Positions 9,337 through 17,154 are shown, numbered from the stretch's first letter. The stretch: 32,000 nt of DNA from Acutalibacter sp. (GCA_020025775.1 JAHHRN010000001.1:345348-377347), one strand, 5' to 3'. Made by a program: numbers and translations. Notes: generated by a model from the sequence alone, not told the origin.

Positions 9337-10338
9337 ATGGCACAATTTGAAACTTTAAAACTCGACAAGGGTCTTTATACTTCTGCAAAGGGCTTTACCG
9401 CAGAACTGGAAAATGTGGACCCGTCCGAAAACTATAAGGGCACCGCCTTAGAGGGCCTCGATGCGTTTGAAAGACAGTTAAAGCGCTTTGACATTAAAAT
9501 TCACGGTGCCGGCAGCGACAGCATCGAGAAATTCTTTAAAACCAGCGACAGCGCCGCGCTTTTCCCCGAATATGTGGCACGTGCCGTGCGCAAGGGCTTG
9601 GAGGAAGCGGACGTCTTGAAGGACCTTATCGCCACCAAGACCAATATCAACGGCATGGATTACCGCACCATCGCTTCCGTGCCGACCGATGCGGAAAAGG
9701 AACTCAAAATCACTGCCGAGGGTGCGGCAATTCCCGAAACTGCCGTTCATACACAGGAAAATCTTGTGAAGCTTAAAAAGCGCGGCAGAATGCTCGTAGC
9801 CTCCTATGAAGCCCTCCGCTTCCAGAGACTCGACCTTTTCACCGTCACCTTGAAGCAGATTGGCGCGTACATCGCCAGAACCCAGCTCAAGGATGCTGTG
9901 GAGGTTCTCGAAAAGGGCGACGGCAACAGCAATCCCGCACCTGTGGTCAGCCTCAATTCTAAGCCCCTCGACTATGCGGCTTTGGTCGATTTCTGGAACG
10001 GTTTCGACCCTTATGCACTCAATACCATGATCGCCGCACCCGACAGAGCGGCGGCAATTCTCAAAATGCCCGAAATGCGCGACGCGGCGGCAGGTCTTAC
10101 CTTCCACGGCACCGGCAAGGCAGTGACACCCTTCGGTGCAAAGCTCTTAAAGAGCGCGGCTGTACCGACCGGCAAGCTCATCGGTCTTGATAAGACCTGC
10201 GCCCTCGAAATGGTAACTGCCGGCGGCATTTTGACCGAATACGATAAGCTCATCGACAAACAGCTCGAGCGTGCGGCGATCACCCAGATTTCCGGCTTCT
10301 CCAAAATCTACACAGACGCGGCTAAGGTGCTCGCTTAA
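9337..10338 (+). CDS. phage major capsid protein (HK97-fold type)
   Basis: 333 aa in the canonical position after protease/scaffold. The C-terminal region (GLDKTCALEMVTAGGILTEYDKLIDKQLERAAITQISGF) resembles the conserved end of HK97-like capsid proteins. The SD is AAAGGAAA. Confidence 0.7.
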   Translation: MAQFETLKLDKGLYTSAKGFTAELENVDPSENYKGTALEGLDAFERQLKRFDIKIHGAGSDSIEKFFKTSDSAALFPEYVARAVRKGLEEADVLKDLIATKTNINGMDYRTIASVPTDAEKELKITAEGAAIPETAVHTQENLVKLKKRGRMLVASYEALRFQRLDLFTVTLKQIGAYIARTQLKDAVEVLEKGDGNSNPAPVVSLNSKPLDYAALVDFWNGFDPYALNTMIAAPDRAAAILKMPEMRDAAAGLTFHGTGKAVTPFGAKLLKSAAVPTGKLIGLDKTCALEMVTAGGILTEYDKLIDKQLERAAITQISGFSKIYTDAAKVLA

Positions 10339-10355
10339 CGCCGGGAGGTGGAGAG

Positions 10356-10718
10356 ATGCTGGATACCATTCAGATAGCCGGGATTCTTATGCGGTTCGGC
10401 GGCCTCTCCAAGGAAGAGCTTGCCGATGCCATGCCCGTGGTCGCGGTTTGTGCCGCCCAGTGCTTTAAAAGACTGAAAGACCCCAAATTTGCGAGCGAGC
10501 CTGCTGTCTTAGAGGCGGCGGCAGCGATTGCCAATTATCGCCTTTTACTGCGTTCCCCGAAGCTGCGCGAGGGCGAAACTGCATTTCGTGCCGGAGAGGT
10601 CAGTGTGCACAGCAGTCCGCAGGTGCTTTTGGAAGCGGCTGTGTGTCTGCGGGATGACTGTCTGCTTGCCGCCGCACCGTATTTAAAAGACGATGATTTC
10701 GTCTTTGCGCAGGTGTAG
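10356..10718 (+). CDS. putative head-tail connector/adaptor protein
   Basis: 120 aa, Ala-rich and helical-looking, first gene after the capsid gene. This is a position- and size-based call (gp6/gp15-like). The SD is GGGAGGTGGAG. Confidence 0.4.
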   Translation: MLDTIQIAGILMRFGGLSKEELADAMPVVAVCAAQCFKRLKDPKFASEPAVLEAAAAIANYRLLLRSPKLREGETAFRAGEVSVHSSPQVLLEAAVCLRDDCLLAAAPYLKDDDFVFAQV

Positions 10719-10720
10719 CC

Positions 10721-11020
10721 ATGGAGTTTAACAGCAGTTATGCGCGCAGTGTGTATCTCGAGGACGGGGCTTGGAAGTCTCCGCTTTTTAAAGCGTATTT
10801 ACAGCCGACCAAGCGCCTTCCGGAAGAAGATGTTACGCTTCTCGGCAGAATCGTGCGCGAACCCTATCTTTACATAGGGCCTGCCGCGCATGATCTTAGT
10901 AGACTTTCGAAAGAAGCTCGCCTTGTGGACAGCGAACACAGTCGCTATCGCATTTTGCACGCGCAGAAAATTTATAAAGGGGATAAGGTCTTTTACATTC
11001 GGGCCATTTTAGAAAAATAA
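10721..11020 (+). CDS. putative head-closure protein
   Basis: 99 aa. Its start lies 2 nt after the previous stop (TAGCCATG). The function is assigned from size and position only. Confidence 0.35.
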   Translation: MEFNSSYARSVYLEDGAWKSPLFKAYLQPTKRLPEEDVTLLGRIVREPYLYIGPAAHDLSRLSKEARLVDSEHSRYRILHAQKIYKGDKVFYIRAILEK

Positions 11021-11038
11021 CGGAAAGGAAGAGGAACT

Positions 11039-11470
11039 ATGCTTGTAGCCAGTGGCTATTTAGATAAGCTGGTGCAGGATTTCACAAGCGACCCGAGCTT
11101 TTCGGATTTGGATTTTAAAATCGCTTATGAAAACAGCATTTGCACAACGCCGGTGTCGAAACCGATTGTGGCATTCACAACCGATAAAACAACTATCGGC
11201 GAACAGCTGACACGCTATAATCCCGACGGCTCTCAGATTATTTCGAAGGGTCGAATTGTGGATACAGTGGTGAAAGTGGCAATTTTTGTGCCGTATGAAA
11301 GCGGCGCGGTCAAATCGTTTCAGGTCTTTGACCGGGTGTTTACCAAGTTGCTCTATGAGTCGGCGTTGAATATCACCGGCGCCCATTGCTATGACAGCAA
11401 CTATAACAAAAAGTGCGGCGCCTTGGAGCTGAACGCGGATTTCACCATTCACACAAGAGAAGAAAAGTAA
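11039..11470 (+). CDS. putative neck / head-completion protein
   Basis: 143 aa, the last gene of the operon, with SD GGAAAGGAAGAGG upstream and a terminator after it. The function is inferred from position only. Confidence 0.35.
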   Translation: MLVASGYLDKLVQDFTSDPSFSDLDFKIAYENSICTTPVSKPIVAFTTDKTTIGEQLTRYNPDGSQIISKGRIVDTVVKVAIFVPYESGAVKSFQVFDRVFTKLLYESALNITGAHCYDSNYNKKCGALELNADFTIHTREEK

Positions 11471-11475
11471 AAAAA

Positions 11476-11505
11476 GGCTGTGCCCGGAAAGGGTACAGCC
11501 TTTTT
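11476..11505 (+). terminator. rho-independent terminator closing the head/packaging operon
   Basis: 10-bp stem GGCTGTGCCC (11476-11485) / GGGTACAGCC (11491-11500) with one G-U pair and loop GGAAA. A T-run follows at 11501-11505, and an A-run precedes the stem. Confidence 0.8.
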
Positions 11506-11735
11506 GCATTAGAAAAGCAGAAAGAAATCGAAAAGAAAATTTCCGGCTTTTAGTGGCAGAAAAGCTCTTAGCTTTGTTTACAAAAATTTCTTTAAATTAT
11601 GGGAATATTTGACAATGGCAAATTGCACAAGAAAAAAATTCATATCTTAACTAAGACGCTTTCCAAAGCGTATATTTTGTAAAGAAACGAAAACAAATAG
11701 TAGTGTCCAAAAGTTTTGATAAAGTTTATAAACAA

Positions 11736-11863
11736 TGTTCAAAACTTTCTAAGTTTCTTATTTTTCGTGATTTTTGGGCTACTTATTAACACTTTGAACA
11801 GAGTTTTGAACATTTTTGAACATTAAAAAGCTATACTCTCTGTATATTTACAGTTTGTTCAAA
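11736..11863. repeat. five-copy TTTGAACA motif array in an AT-rich intergenic region
   Basis: There are three direct copies of TTTGAACA at 11793-11800, 11805-11812 and 11815-11822, with start-to-start spacing of 12 and 10 nt. They are flanked by two inverted copies, TGTTCAAA, at 11736-11743 and 11856-11863. Confidence 0.6.
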
Positions 11864-11994
11864 TTTGGTTAAAATCCCATATTGACAAAAAACGCCGTTT
11901 TTTGTTGCACAAAATTCCCGGAAATTTTTGTATAGTATTCTTAAAAATGCCGATACTAAAGCTTGAAACAAACAGAAAGAAAAGGAGCGTTTTT

Positions 11995-12264
11995 ATGGTG
12001 AAAGGCATCAATCGACAGGTTCTCGAAATTCGGGAAACCGGCTCTAAATATTTTGAACGCGCTTTTTTCTTTGTGAATCCCGATTATGCAAAAACCGACG
12101 AGAAAAAACTGCGCGCGGCGGCTGAATCCGCCCTTTGTTCTGCCGACCGTGTGCCGAAAACTGGGAAGCGAAAGGCAAAGGGTAAGCAGATTTGCCTTTT
12201 AACGCTTTCCTTTTTAGGGGCGGCAGGCGGTGGTGCACTTCTAACGGCACTCTTTCTGCATTAA
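11995..12264 (+). CDS. small C-terminally anchored membrane protein, unknown function
   Basis: 89 aa counted from the ATG at 11995, which has AAAGGAG 7 nt upstream. The N-terminus is soluble (MVKGINRQVLEIRETGSKYFERAFFFV). A basic stretch KTGKRKAKGK precedes a single C-terminal TM, ICLLTLSFLGAAGGGALLTALFL. Confidence 0.5.
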   Translation: MVKGINRQVLEIRETGSKYFERAFFFVNPDYAKTDEKKLRAAAESALCSADRVPKTGKRKAKGKQICLLTLSFLGAAGGGALLTALFLH

Positions 12265-12380
12265 AGCCTTTTAATACTAAAGAAAAGACTTTTAAAGCAC
12301 TTTAATGAGCTACCGAAGGTATTCTCCTAAAATATGCAAACCCGGTATCCAGCTTTTAAACAGACAATAAAATAGCATAG

Positions 12381-12422
12381 AAAAAGACTACCCCGCCTCC
12401 TGTAAGCACACAGGAAGCGGGG
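12381..12422 (-). terminator. rho-independent terminator of the ATPase gene
   Basis: On the - strand the stem is CCCCGCTTCCTGT / ACAGGAGGCGGGG (12391-12422, one mismatch), followed by TAGTCTTTTTCT. Confidence 0.6.
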
Positions 12423-12471
12423 CAGTCTAATATGGGAAAACGCCAACTAATGTCGCATTTGATAAGGTCAA

Positions 12472-15141
12472 TTATTTCGCATTGGCTTTGTGCTTCGTCA
12501 CAGCTCTTTGAATCAGCTTAACAATTTCAACTAAGGGAACAATCGCGAAGGCGAGTGCCATAGCTGTAATATATTCTACAAAGCTGATGTGTGTGAAGCC
12601 GAAGGCGTCGGAAAGGCCAGGGCAATAGATAACGAAGGTCGTGGTGATAAAGGACATGAGCGTGGAGAGCGCCAAGAACTTGTTGTGGCTGCCCTGCATC
12701 GCCATCTTAATTACGGAGCCTTTTTGCGAACGCATGTTGAGCGAGTGGAAGATTTCGCACATGGACATGGTTAAGAATGCCATGGTCATGCCGTCGGGGC
12801 TGTTTACAATTTCCCATCTGCCGGCTTCGATGAAATGACCGATGAAGTAAGCGGCAAGGGTTAAAATGGTAACGAATAAGCCCTGGTAAGCGACGTCGAA
12901 GCCGACACCGCCGGCGAAAATACCGTCTGTTGCTTTACGGGGCGGACGCTGCATGAGGTCTTTTTCACCCTTTTCCATGCTGAGCGCGAGTGCCGGGAAG
13001 CAGTCGGTTACAAGGTTAATCCAAAGTAAGTGTACGGGCTGTAAAATGGTGAAGCCTAAGAGGTTTGCGGCGAAAATCGAAAGTACCTCACTGAGGTTGG
13101 ATGCCAAAAGGAACTGGATAGATTTACGAATGTTGTCGTAAATACGTCTGCCTTCCTTAACAGCGGAAACGATGGTTGCGAAGTTATCATCCGCAAGAAC
13201 CATGTCGGCAACGTTCTTGGTAACGTCTGTACCGGTAATACCCATGCCGACGCCGATGTCTGCACTCTTAATGGAGGGTGCATCGTTTACGCCGTCACCG
13301 GTCATCGCGGTAACTAAGCCCTGTTTCTTGAGGGCGTTAACAATACGAACCTTGTGCTCCGGCTGAACTCGTCCGTAAACAGAGTAGTGAAGTACGGTCT
13401 TTTCGAAATCTTCATCCGAAATTTCGTCAAGCTCTGCACCGGTAAGAGCTTCGTCTGCGCTCTTTACAATGCCAAGCTCGGTAGCAATGGCTACTGCGGT
13501 GTCCTTATGGTCGCCGGTAATCATAATCGGACGGATGCCTGCTCTGCGGCACTCGTCGATAGCGGCTTTAACTTCGGGACGAACGGGGTCGATCATACCG
13601 ACAAGACCTAAGAAAACAAGGTTGTTTTCAAGGGCTTCGGGGCTTTGGTCTGCGGGCATATCGTCATACGTTTTGAAGCTACAGGCGAGTACGCGCAATG
13701 CCTTATCGGCAAAGGCTTTGTTGTGGGCGAGGATTTCTGCTCTGTCCTCGGCGGTGATGTCGCGGACTTTGCCGTCCTTTAAAATCTGGGTGCAATCCTT
13801 TAAGACAACATCGGGTGCGCCCTTTGTGAATTGCAGGAAGCCTTCTTCGGTTTTGTGAACGGTGGACATCTTTTTACGCATGGAGTCGAAGGGTGCTTCG
13901 CCTACACGCGGCATGGTTTTTAAGAGGTCATTCTTATTGAAGTTGAGAGAAAGACCATAGTTTACGAGTGCGGCTTCTGTCGGTTCACCGACCAAATTGC
14001 CGTCATCGTCGATATGCACGTCGGTGCAAAGGGTCATGCCCTGTGCCAAAAGCTCTTCATTATCGCCGTAATGCTCTACAACGGTCATCTTATTCTGGGT
14101 AAGTGTACCGGTTTTATCGGAGCAGATGACCTGTGCACAGCCGAGGGTTTCAACGGCGGTCAAGCGGCGAACAATCGCATTTTTCTTAGACATATTGGTA
14201 ACGCCGATAGAAAGCACGACGGTAACAACAGCGACAAGACCTTCGGGAATCGCGGCAACAGCCAGAGAAACCGCAATCATGAAGGAATTCAAGAGGAAGG
14301 AGAAATCGGGCACACCGCCGGTTACATAGCGGCGAATGATGTCGAAAATGAACATAAACACACAAATGCCCAAAACGATGCCGCTGAGGATTTTACTGAG
14401 CTGTGCAAGCTTTAACTGTAAGGGCGTCTGGGAATCCTTTGCATCGGCAAGTGCGCCTGCAATTTTACCCATTTCGGTGTCCATGCCTGTCCCGGTAACG
14501 ACCGCTTTACCGTGGCCGTATACAACGGAGGAGCCCATATACATCATGTTTTTACGGTCACCGAGCGGAACATCCTTCTGGTCACCTAACAGGAGTGTAT
14601 CAATTTTCTTTAAAACGGGTACGCTTTCGCCGGTCAGCGCGGCTTCTTCAATCTTGAGGCTGGCGCTTTCCAGGATTCGTGCATCGGCGGGTACGGCATC
14701 GCCGGCTTCTAAGAGAATCACATCGCCGACAACGAGGTCAGAGCTGTGGATTTCCATAACCTTGCCGTCACGCATGACTTTAGAGGTCGCAGCAGCCATT
14801 TCCTGTAAGGCTTCAATGGCTTTTTCGGCTTTGCTTTCTTGATATACGCCGAGCACAGCATTCAAAATAACAACAGCTAAGATGATGATAACATCGGTCG
14901 GGAATTCGTGCTCCATAGCGGCGGTGATAGCCGAAATGGCTGCCGCAGCGATTAAGATTAAAATCATTGGATCACAAAATTGTTCAAAAAGACGGCGCCA
15001 GATGCTTTTCTTTTTGCCCTCTTTTAACTTGTTCGGTCCGTTTTCGGCGAGTCTTTTTTCCGCTTCAGCCGCTGTTAGACCGGTTTCTTGGGTTTGAAGT
15101 TCGCTAAAAACTTCGTCTGTTGACTGCAAATATGCTTTCAT
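12472..15141 (-). CDS. P2-type cation-transporting ATPase (Ca2+/Mn2+ exporter type)
   Basis: 889 aa with the P-type motifs TGES (ALTGESVPV), phosphorylation site CSDKTGTLT, KGAPD, MITGDH and hinge TGDGVNDAPS. The TM architecture is SERCA/PMCA/YloB-like. Confidence 0.95.
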   Translation of the reverse strand: MKAYLQSTDEVFSELQTQETGLTAAEAEKRLAENGPNKLKEGKKKSIWRRLFEQFCDPMILILIAAAAISAITAAMEHEFPTDVIIILAVVILNAVLGVYQESKAEKAIEALQEMAAATSKVMRDGKVMEIHSSDLVVGDVILLEAGDAVPADARILESASLKIEEAALTGESVPVLKKIDTLLLGDQKDVPLGDRKNMMYMGSSVVYGHGKAVVTGTGMDTEMGKIAGALADAKDSQTPLQLKLAQLSKILSGIVLGICVFMFIFDIIRRYVTGGVPDFSFLLNSFMIAVSLAVAAIPEGLVAVVTVVLSIGVTNMSKKNAIVRRLTAVETLGCAQVICSDKTGTLTQNKMTVVEHYGDNEELLAQGMTLCTDVHIDDDGNLVGEPTEAALVNYGLSLNFNKNDLLKTMPRVGEAPFDSMRKKMSTVHKTEEGFLQFTKGAPDVVLKDCTQILKDGKVRDITAEDRAEILAHNKAFADKALRVLACSFKTYDDMPADQSPEALENNLVFLGLVGMIDPVRPEVKAAIDECRRAGIRPIMITGDHKDTAVAIATELGIVKSADEALTGAELDEISDEDFEKTVLHYSVYGRVQPEHKVRIVNALKKQGLVTAMTGDGVNDAPSIKSADIGVGMGITGTDVTKNVADMVLADDNFATIVSAVKEGRRIYDNIRKSIQFLLASNLSEVLSIFAANLLGFTILQPVHLLWINLVTDCFPALALSMEKGEKDLMQRPPRKATDGIFAGGVGFDVAYQGLFVTILTLAAYFIGHFIEAGRWEIVNSPDGMTMAFLTMSMCEIFHSLNMRSQKGSVIKMAMQGSHNKFLALSTLMSFITTTFVIYCPGLSDAFGFTHISFVEYITAMALAFAIVPLVEIVKLIQRAVTKHKANAK

Positions 15142-15168
15142 ACTGCGTCCTCCTTTGTAGTTACTTAT

Positions 15169-15332
15169 AAAAAAAGACCTTCGACAAAGCTTGGACTTAC
15201 TTTGTCGAAGGTCTCGCTACCGAAAATTGAACTGCACCGAAACACTCGACACATTTCCAATCTTAAGTCCCTCAGCCAGCCGCAGTGCGACACGATGTTG
15301 ACAGAGGGAAAAAAGCTACTCCCCTTCAAGGA
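15169..15332 (-). promoter_or_regulatory. yybP-ykoY (Mn2+) riboswitch with terminator expression platform
   Basis: The minus-strand leader contains the two hallmark segments UUGAAGGGGAGUAGC (plus coordinates about 15316-15330) and UAGCGAGACCUUCGA (about 15206-15220). The P1 pairing is UUGAAGG/CCUUCGA. The 3' P1 strand GACCUUC is also the start of a perfect 14-bp terminator stem (15176-15189 / 15200-15213) followed by U7 (15169-15175). It sits directly upstream of a P-type ATPase, a classic context for this riboswitch class. Confidence 0.75.
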
Positions 15333-15355
15333 ATAGTATCTACATACTGTAGTAA

Positions 15356-15385
15356 AGAATACCATATTGACCCTAGGATTGTCAA
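15356..15385 (-). promoter_or_regulatory. candidate sigma-A promoter for the riboswitch-ATPase transcript
   Basis: On the minus strand there is TTGACA (15385-15380), an 18-nt spacer and TATTCT (15361-15356), about 25 nt upstream of the aptamer. The -10 element is weak. Confidence 0.35.
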
Positions 15386-15392
15386 GCGAATT

Positions 15393-16559
15393 TTAAGAAA
15401 CCGAAATCGAGTGCGCAAAACCCGCATCTTGTATATTTTGCGTTGTATTTTCGCGGTTGGTTAAAACCACAACGGTCTTATCCTTCGCATCGGTTTCCAG
15501 CTTGGCTTCCACCGCCGCGGCGGCAGGCACAAAGTATTCGGCTTGAGAAAGCTCAGCAAAGCCGGCATTGTTGGCTTTTAAAACAGCTTCCACTTCCGCG
15601 GTTTTTTGAAAATCTATGGTAATAAAATTGCAGGGCGCGCTGAGCAAGGTACCGTCATACGCCACCGCATTGCCGTAAAGAATATCGGACACAGTGAGGG
15701 TGACGGAAAACTCTAAATCCCCAAGCGCATCCTTGACCTTTTGCAAAAATTCCTGCAAAGCCGCATTTTTGGAAATCCCCTTGACGTCTGCATAGGGGAA
15801 AACCGCCGTTTCGGCAAAGCGGCCGACCGGGAACTGCACGCCGTCCAAAAGCACATAATCTGCACCGAACGTTGGGGCTTCTTTGATAAGCCCTAAAAGA
15901 TAGTTTACCGCGACATCCGCATAAGGATTCAGCCAGGGTTTACCGTCCTTTTGTGCGCTTTCGTCCAGCCAAAGGCTGACACCGTCTGCCAAGGTGATAG
16001 CCGCACCCGGAAGAGAGGATGCCGCCAGAGTATCCTCAAAGCAGGCGTATTTCGCAATGATTTTATAGCCTTTCGCCTTTAAGGTTTCAATGCTGTCCAT
16101 AAAGGTCGGGTAGGCACGGGTGGAAGCACCGATGTCTGCCGCCGTGGAATCCATGGAAGTATAGCTCAAAAAGCCCGAAGGTGCTTTGTATTCAATCATT
16201 ACGGCATTGGCATTTTCATTTTGTAAATCTTCCAAAAACAGCTCTAAGGCGATGCCGCCGTTTAAGGCTTCCTTGGGCATCTCCAAAGCCACTAAATGCT
16301 CTGTCGACGGAAGCGGTGTGTGATTTTCTTCGCGAATGGGACGGTTGGAAAGAAATACCGCGAGATACACGAGGAAAAAGGTGAGCAGAAAGAGGAAGAC
16401 CAGCGCCAACGCATAAAAGACATTGGAACGCTGTTCGCGTTTTCTTCGTTCGCGGGTTTCACCGATGGCGTAGGTGCTGTGGGAACGCCCGGGATATTCT
16501 TTAGAAAACGGATAATAGCTTTTTCTGTGATGCTTTAAACGTTTGGAATCTTTCAACAT
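15393..16559 (-). CDS. membrane-anchored putative glycoside hydrolase-like protein (DUF4015/GHL type)
   Basis: 388 aa with a basic cytoplasmic N-terminus and one TM (VFYALALVFLFLLTFFLVYLAVFL). The extracytoplasmic domain has strings resembling DUF4015: NANAVMIEYKAPSGFLSY, YKIIAKYACFEDTLAA and GKPWLNPYADVAVNYLLGLIKEAPTFGADYVLLDGVQFP. Its start lies 1 nt after the RnfA-like stop. Confidence 0.55.
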   Translation of the reverse strand: MLKDSKRLKHHRKSYYPFSKEYPGRSHSTYAIGETRERRKREQRSNVFYALALVFLFLLTFFLVYLAVFLSNRPIREENHTPLPSTEHLVALEMPKEALNGGIALELFLEDLQNENANAVMIEYKAPSGFLSYTSMDSTAADIGASTRAYPTFMDSIETLKAKGYKIIAKYACFEDTLAASSLPGAAITLADGVSLWLDESAQKDGKPWLNPYADVAVNYLLGLIKEAPTFGADYVLLDGVQFPVGRFAETAVFPYADVKGISKNAALQEFLQKVKDALGDLEFSVTLTVSDILYGNAVAYDGTLLSAPCNFITIDFQKTAEVEAVLKANNAGFAELSQAEYFVPAAAAVEAKLETDAKDKTVVVLTNRENTTQNIQDAGFAHSISVS

Positions 16560-16560
16560 A

Positions 16561-17154
16561 TTATAAGCTCAGACTCCTTCCGGTAAATCCGGTAAAGGCG
16601 AGCGACAAAAGCGCCGCATAGAGAAAAATAGCGGGTGTGCCCTTGAATGCCGCCGGGATAGCTTCGTTTTTGTCTAAGGCGCGAAGGCCTAAGTTTAAAA
16701 GCAAAACCGCAAGCACAAAGGCAAGACCGGCACCGATGCCGACACCGAGTGCTTCGAAAATACCGAAAGCGGCACGCTGATTGATGAAAGGAATTGCCAA
16801 AACCAAGGTGTTAAAGGCAGCAATACCAACGCGACGCACGGTGCGCTTTTTCGCTTTGAATACATAGAGCACAAGCACGGTAGTGATGAGATAAAACACA
16901 ATCAGCACGCTGACAAAAAGAGCGGCGTGACCGTAAACGCTAAGCGCTCGAACGAACGGGATTCTTTCCAGAAGGACACAGGTGAGAGAAACAAAAGTGG
17001 AAAAATAAATAATGAAAAGGCTTAGCGGGAAGAGCTGACGGGGCTTTGCCGACATACGCAGGGCCTCATCTGCACCGTAGCCGCCCGTGAAAATCAGATT
17101 TTGCAAAAGGCAGGCTAAAAAGGCCGTGGAAAATAAACTGCTGATTACGGTCAT
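16561..17154 (-). CDS. RnfA/NqrE-like membrane protein lacking the Fe-S cysteine ligands
   Basis: 197 aa and collinear with RnfA: the C-terminus PAAFKGTPAIFLYAALLSLAFTGFTG compares with [26 protein letters not shown]. The FLGLCPF motif is replaced by FTGGYGA. The TNC motif is replaced by INQ. Confidence 0.8.
   Translation of the reverse strand: MTVISSLFSTAFLACLLQNLIFTGGYGADEALRMSAKPRQLFPLSLFIIYFSTFVSLTCVLLERIPFVRALSVYGHAALFVSVLIVFYLITTVLVLYVFKAKKRTVRRVGIAAFNTLVLAIPFINQRAAFGIFEALGVGIGAGLAFVLAVLLLNLGLRALDKNEAIPAAFKGTPAIFLYAALLSLAFTGFTGRSLSL

Larger units (their letters stand above)
5413..11505 (+). mobile_element. tail-less phage-derived head/DNA-packaging module (prophage remnant, satellite-like element or domesticated capsid operon)
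   Basis: Eight co-directional, translationally coupled genes in the canonical order terS-terL-portal-protease/scaffold-capsid-connectors, ending at a strong terminator. No tail, lysis, integrase, repressor or replication genes are in the window. Confidence 0.7.

Noticed and set aside
9478-10304. Long antisense ORFs (209 aa at 9478-10107 and 97 aa at 10011-10304, minus strand) inside the capsid gene.
   Set aside because: They overlap completely with the plus-strand capsid ORF, which has an SD, operon context and capsid-like sequence. The antisense products are low-complexity and Gly/Arg/His-rich, as expected for shadow frames.
11060-11509. 149-aa minus-strand ORF opposite the last head-module gene.
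   Set aside because: It runs through the operon terminator hairpin and is entirely antisense to a gene with proper SD and operon context.
11911-11928. The palindrome AAAATTCCCGGAAATTTT as a possible CodY box.
   Set aside because: The CodY consensus is AATTTTCWGAAAATT. Here the half-sites are in the opposite arrangement (AAAATT...AATTTT) with a GC core, so it is not a CodY-type site. It is kept only as an unnamed palindrome in the intergenic finding.
11902-11994. N-terminal extension (31 codons) of the small membrane protein ORF.
   Set aside because: The extension covers the putative promoter and palindrome region and has no SD. The internal ATG at 11995 has AAAGGAG at ideal spacing.
5170-11994. 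Search for attL/attR-type direct repeats or an integrase flanking the head module.
   Set aside because: Only a short, gapped similarity was seen by eye (TGAACAT...TAAAAAG at 5306 and 11817). There is no convincing att repeat, tRNA target or recombinase gene, so I do not call defined element boundaries.
15165-15365. 66-aa minus-strand ORF upstream of the ATPase gene.
   Set aside because: It coincides with the yybP-ykoY riboswitch and its terminator, and it has no SD. The RNA interpretation explains the conservation-type motifs better.
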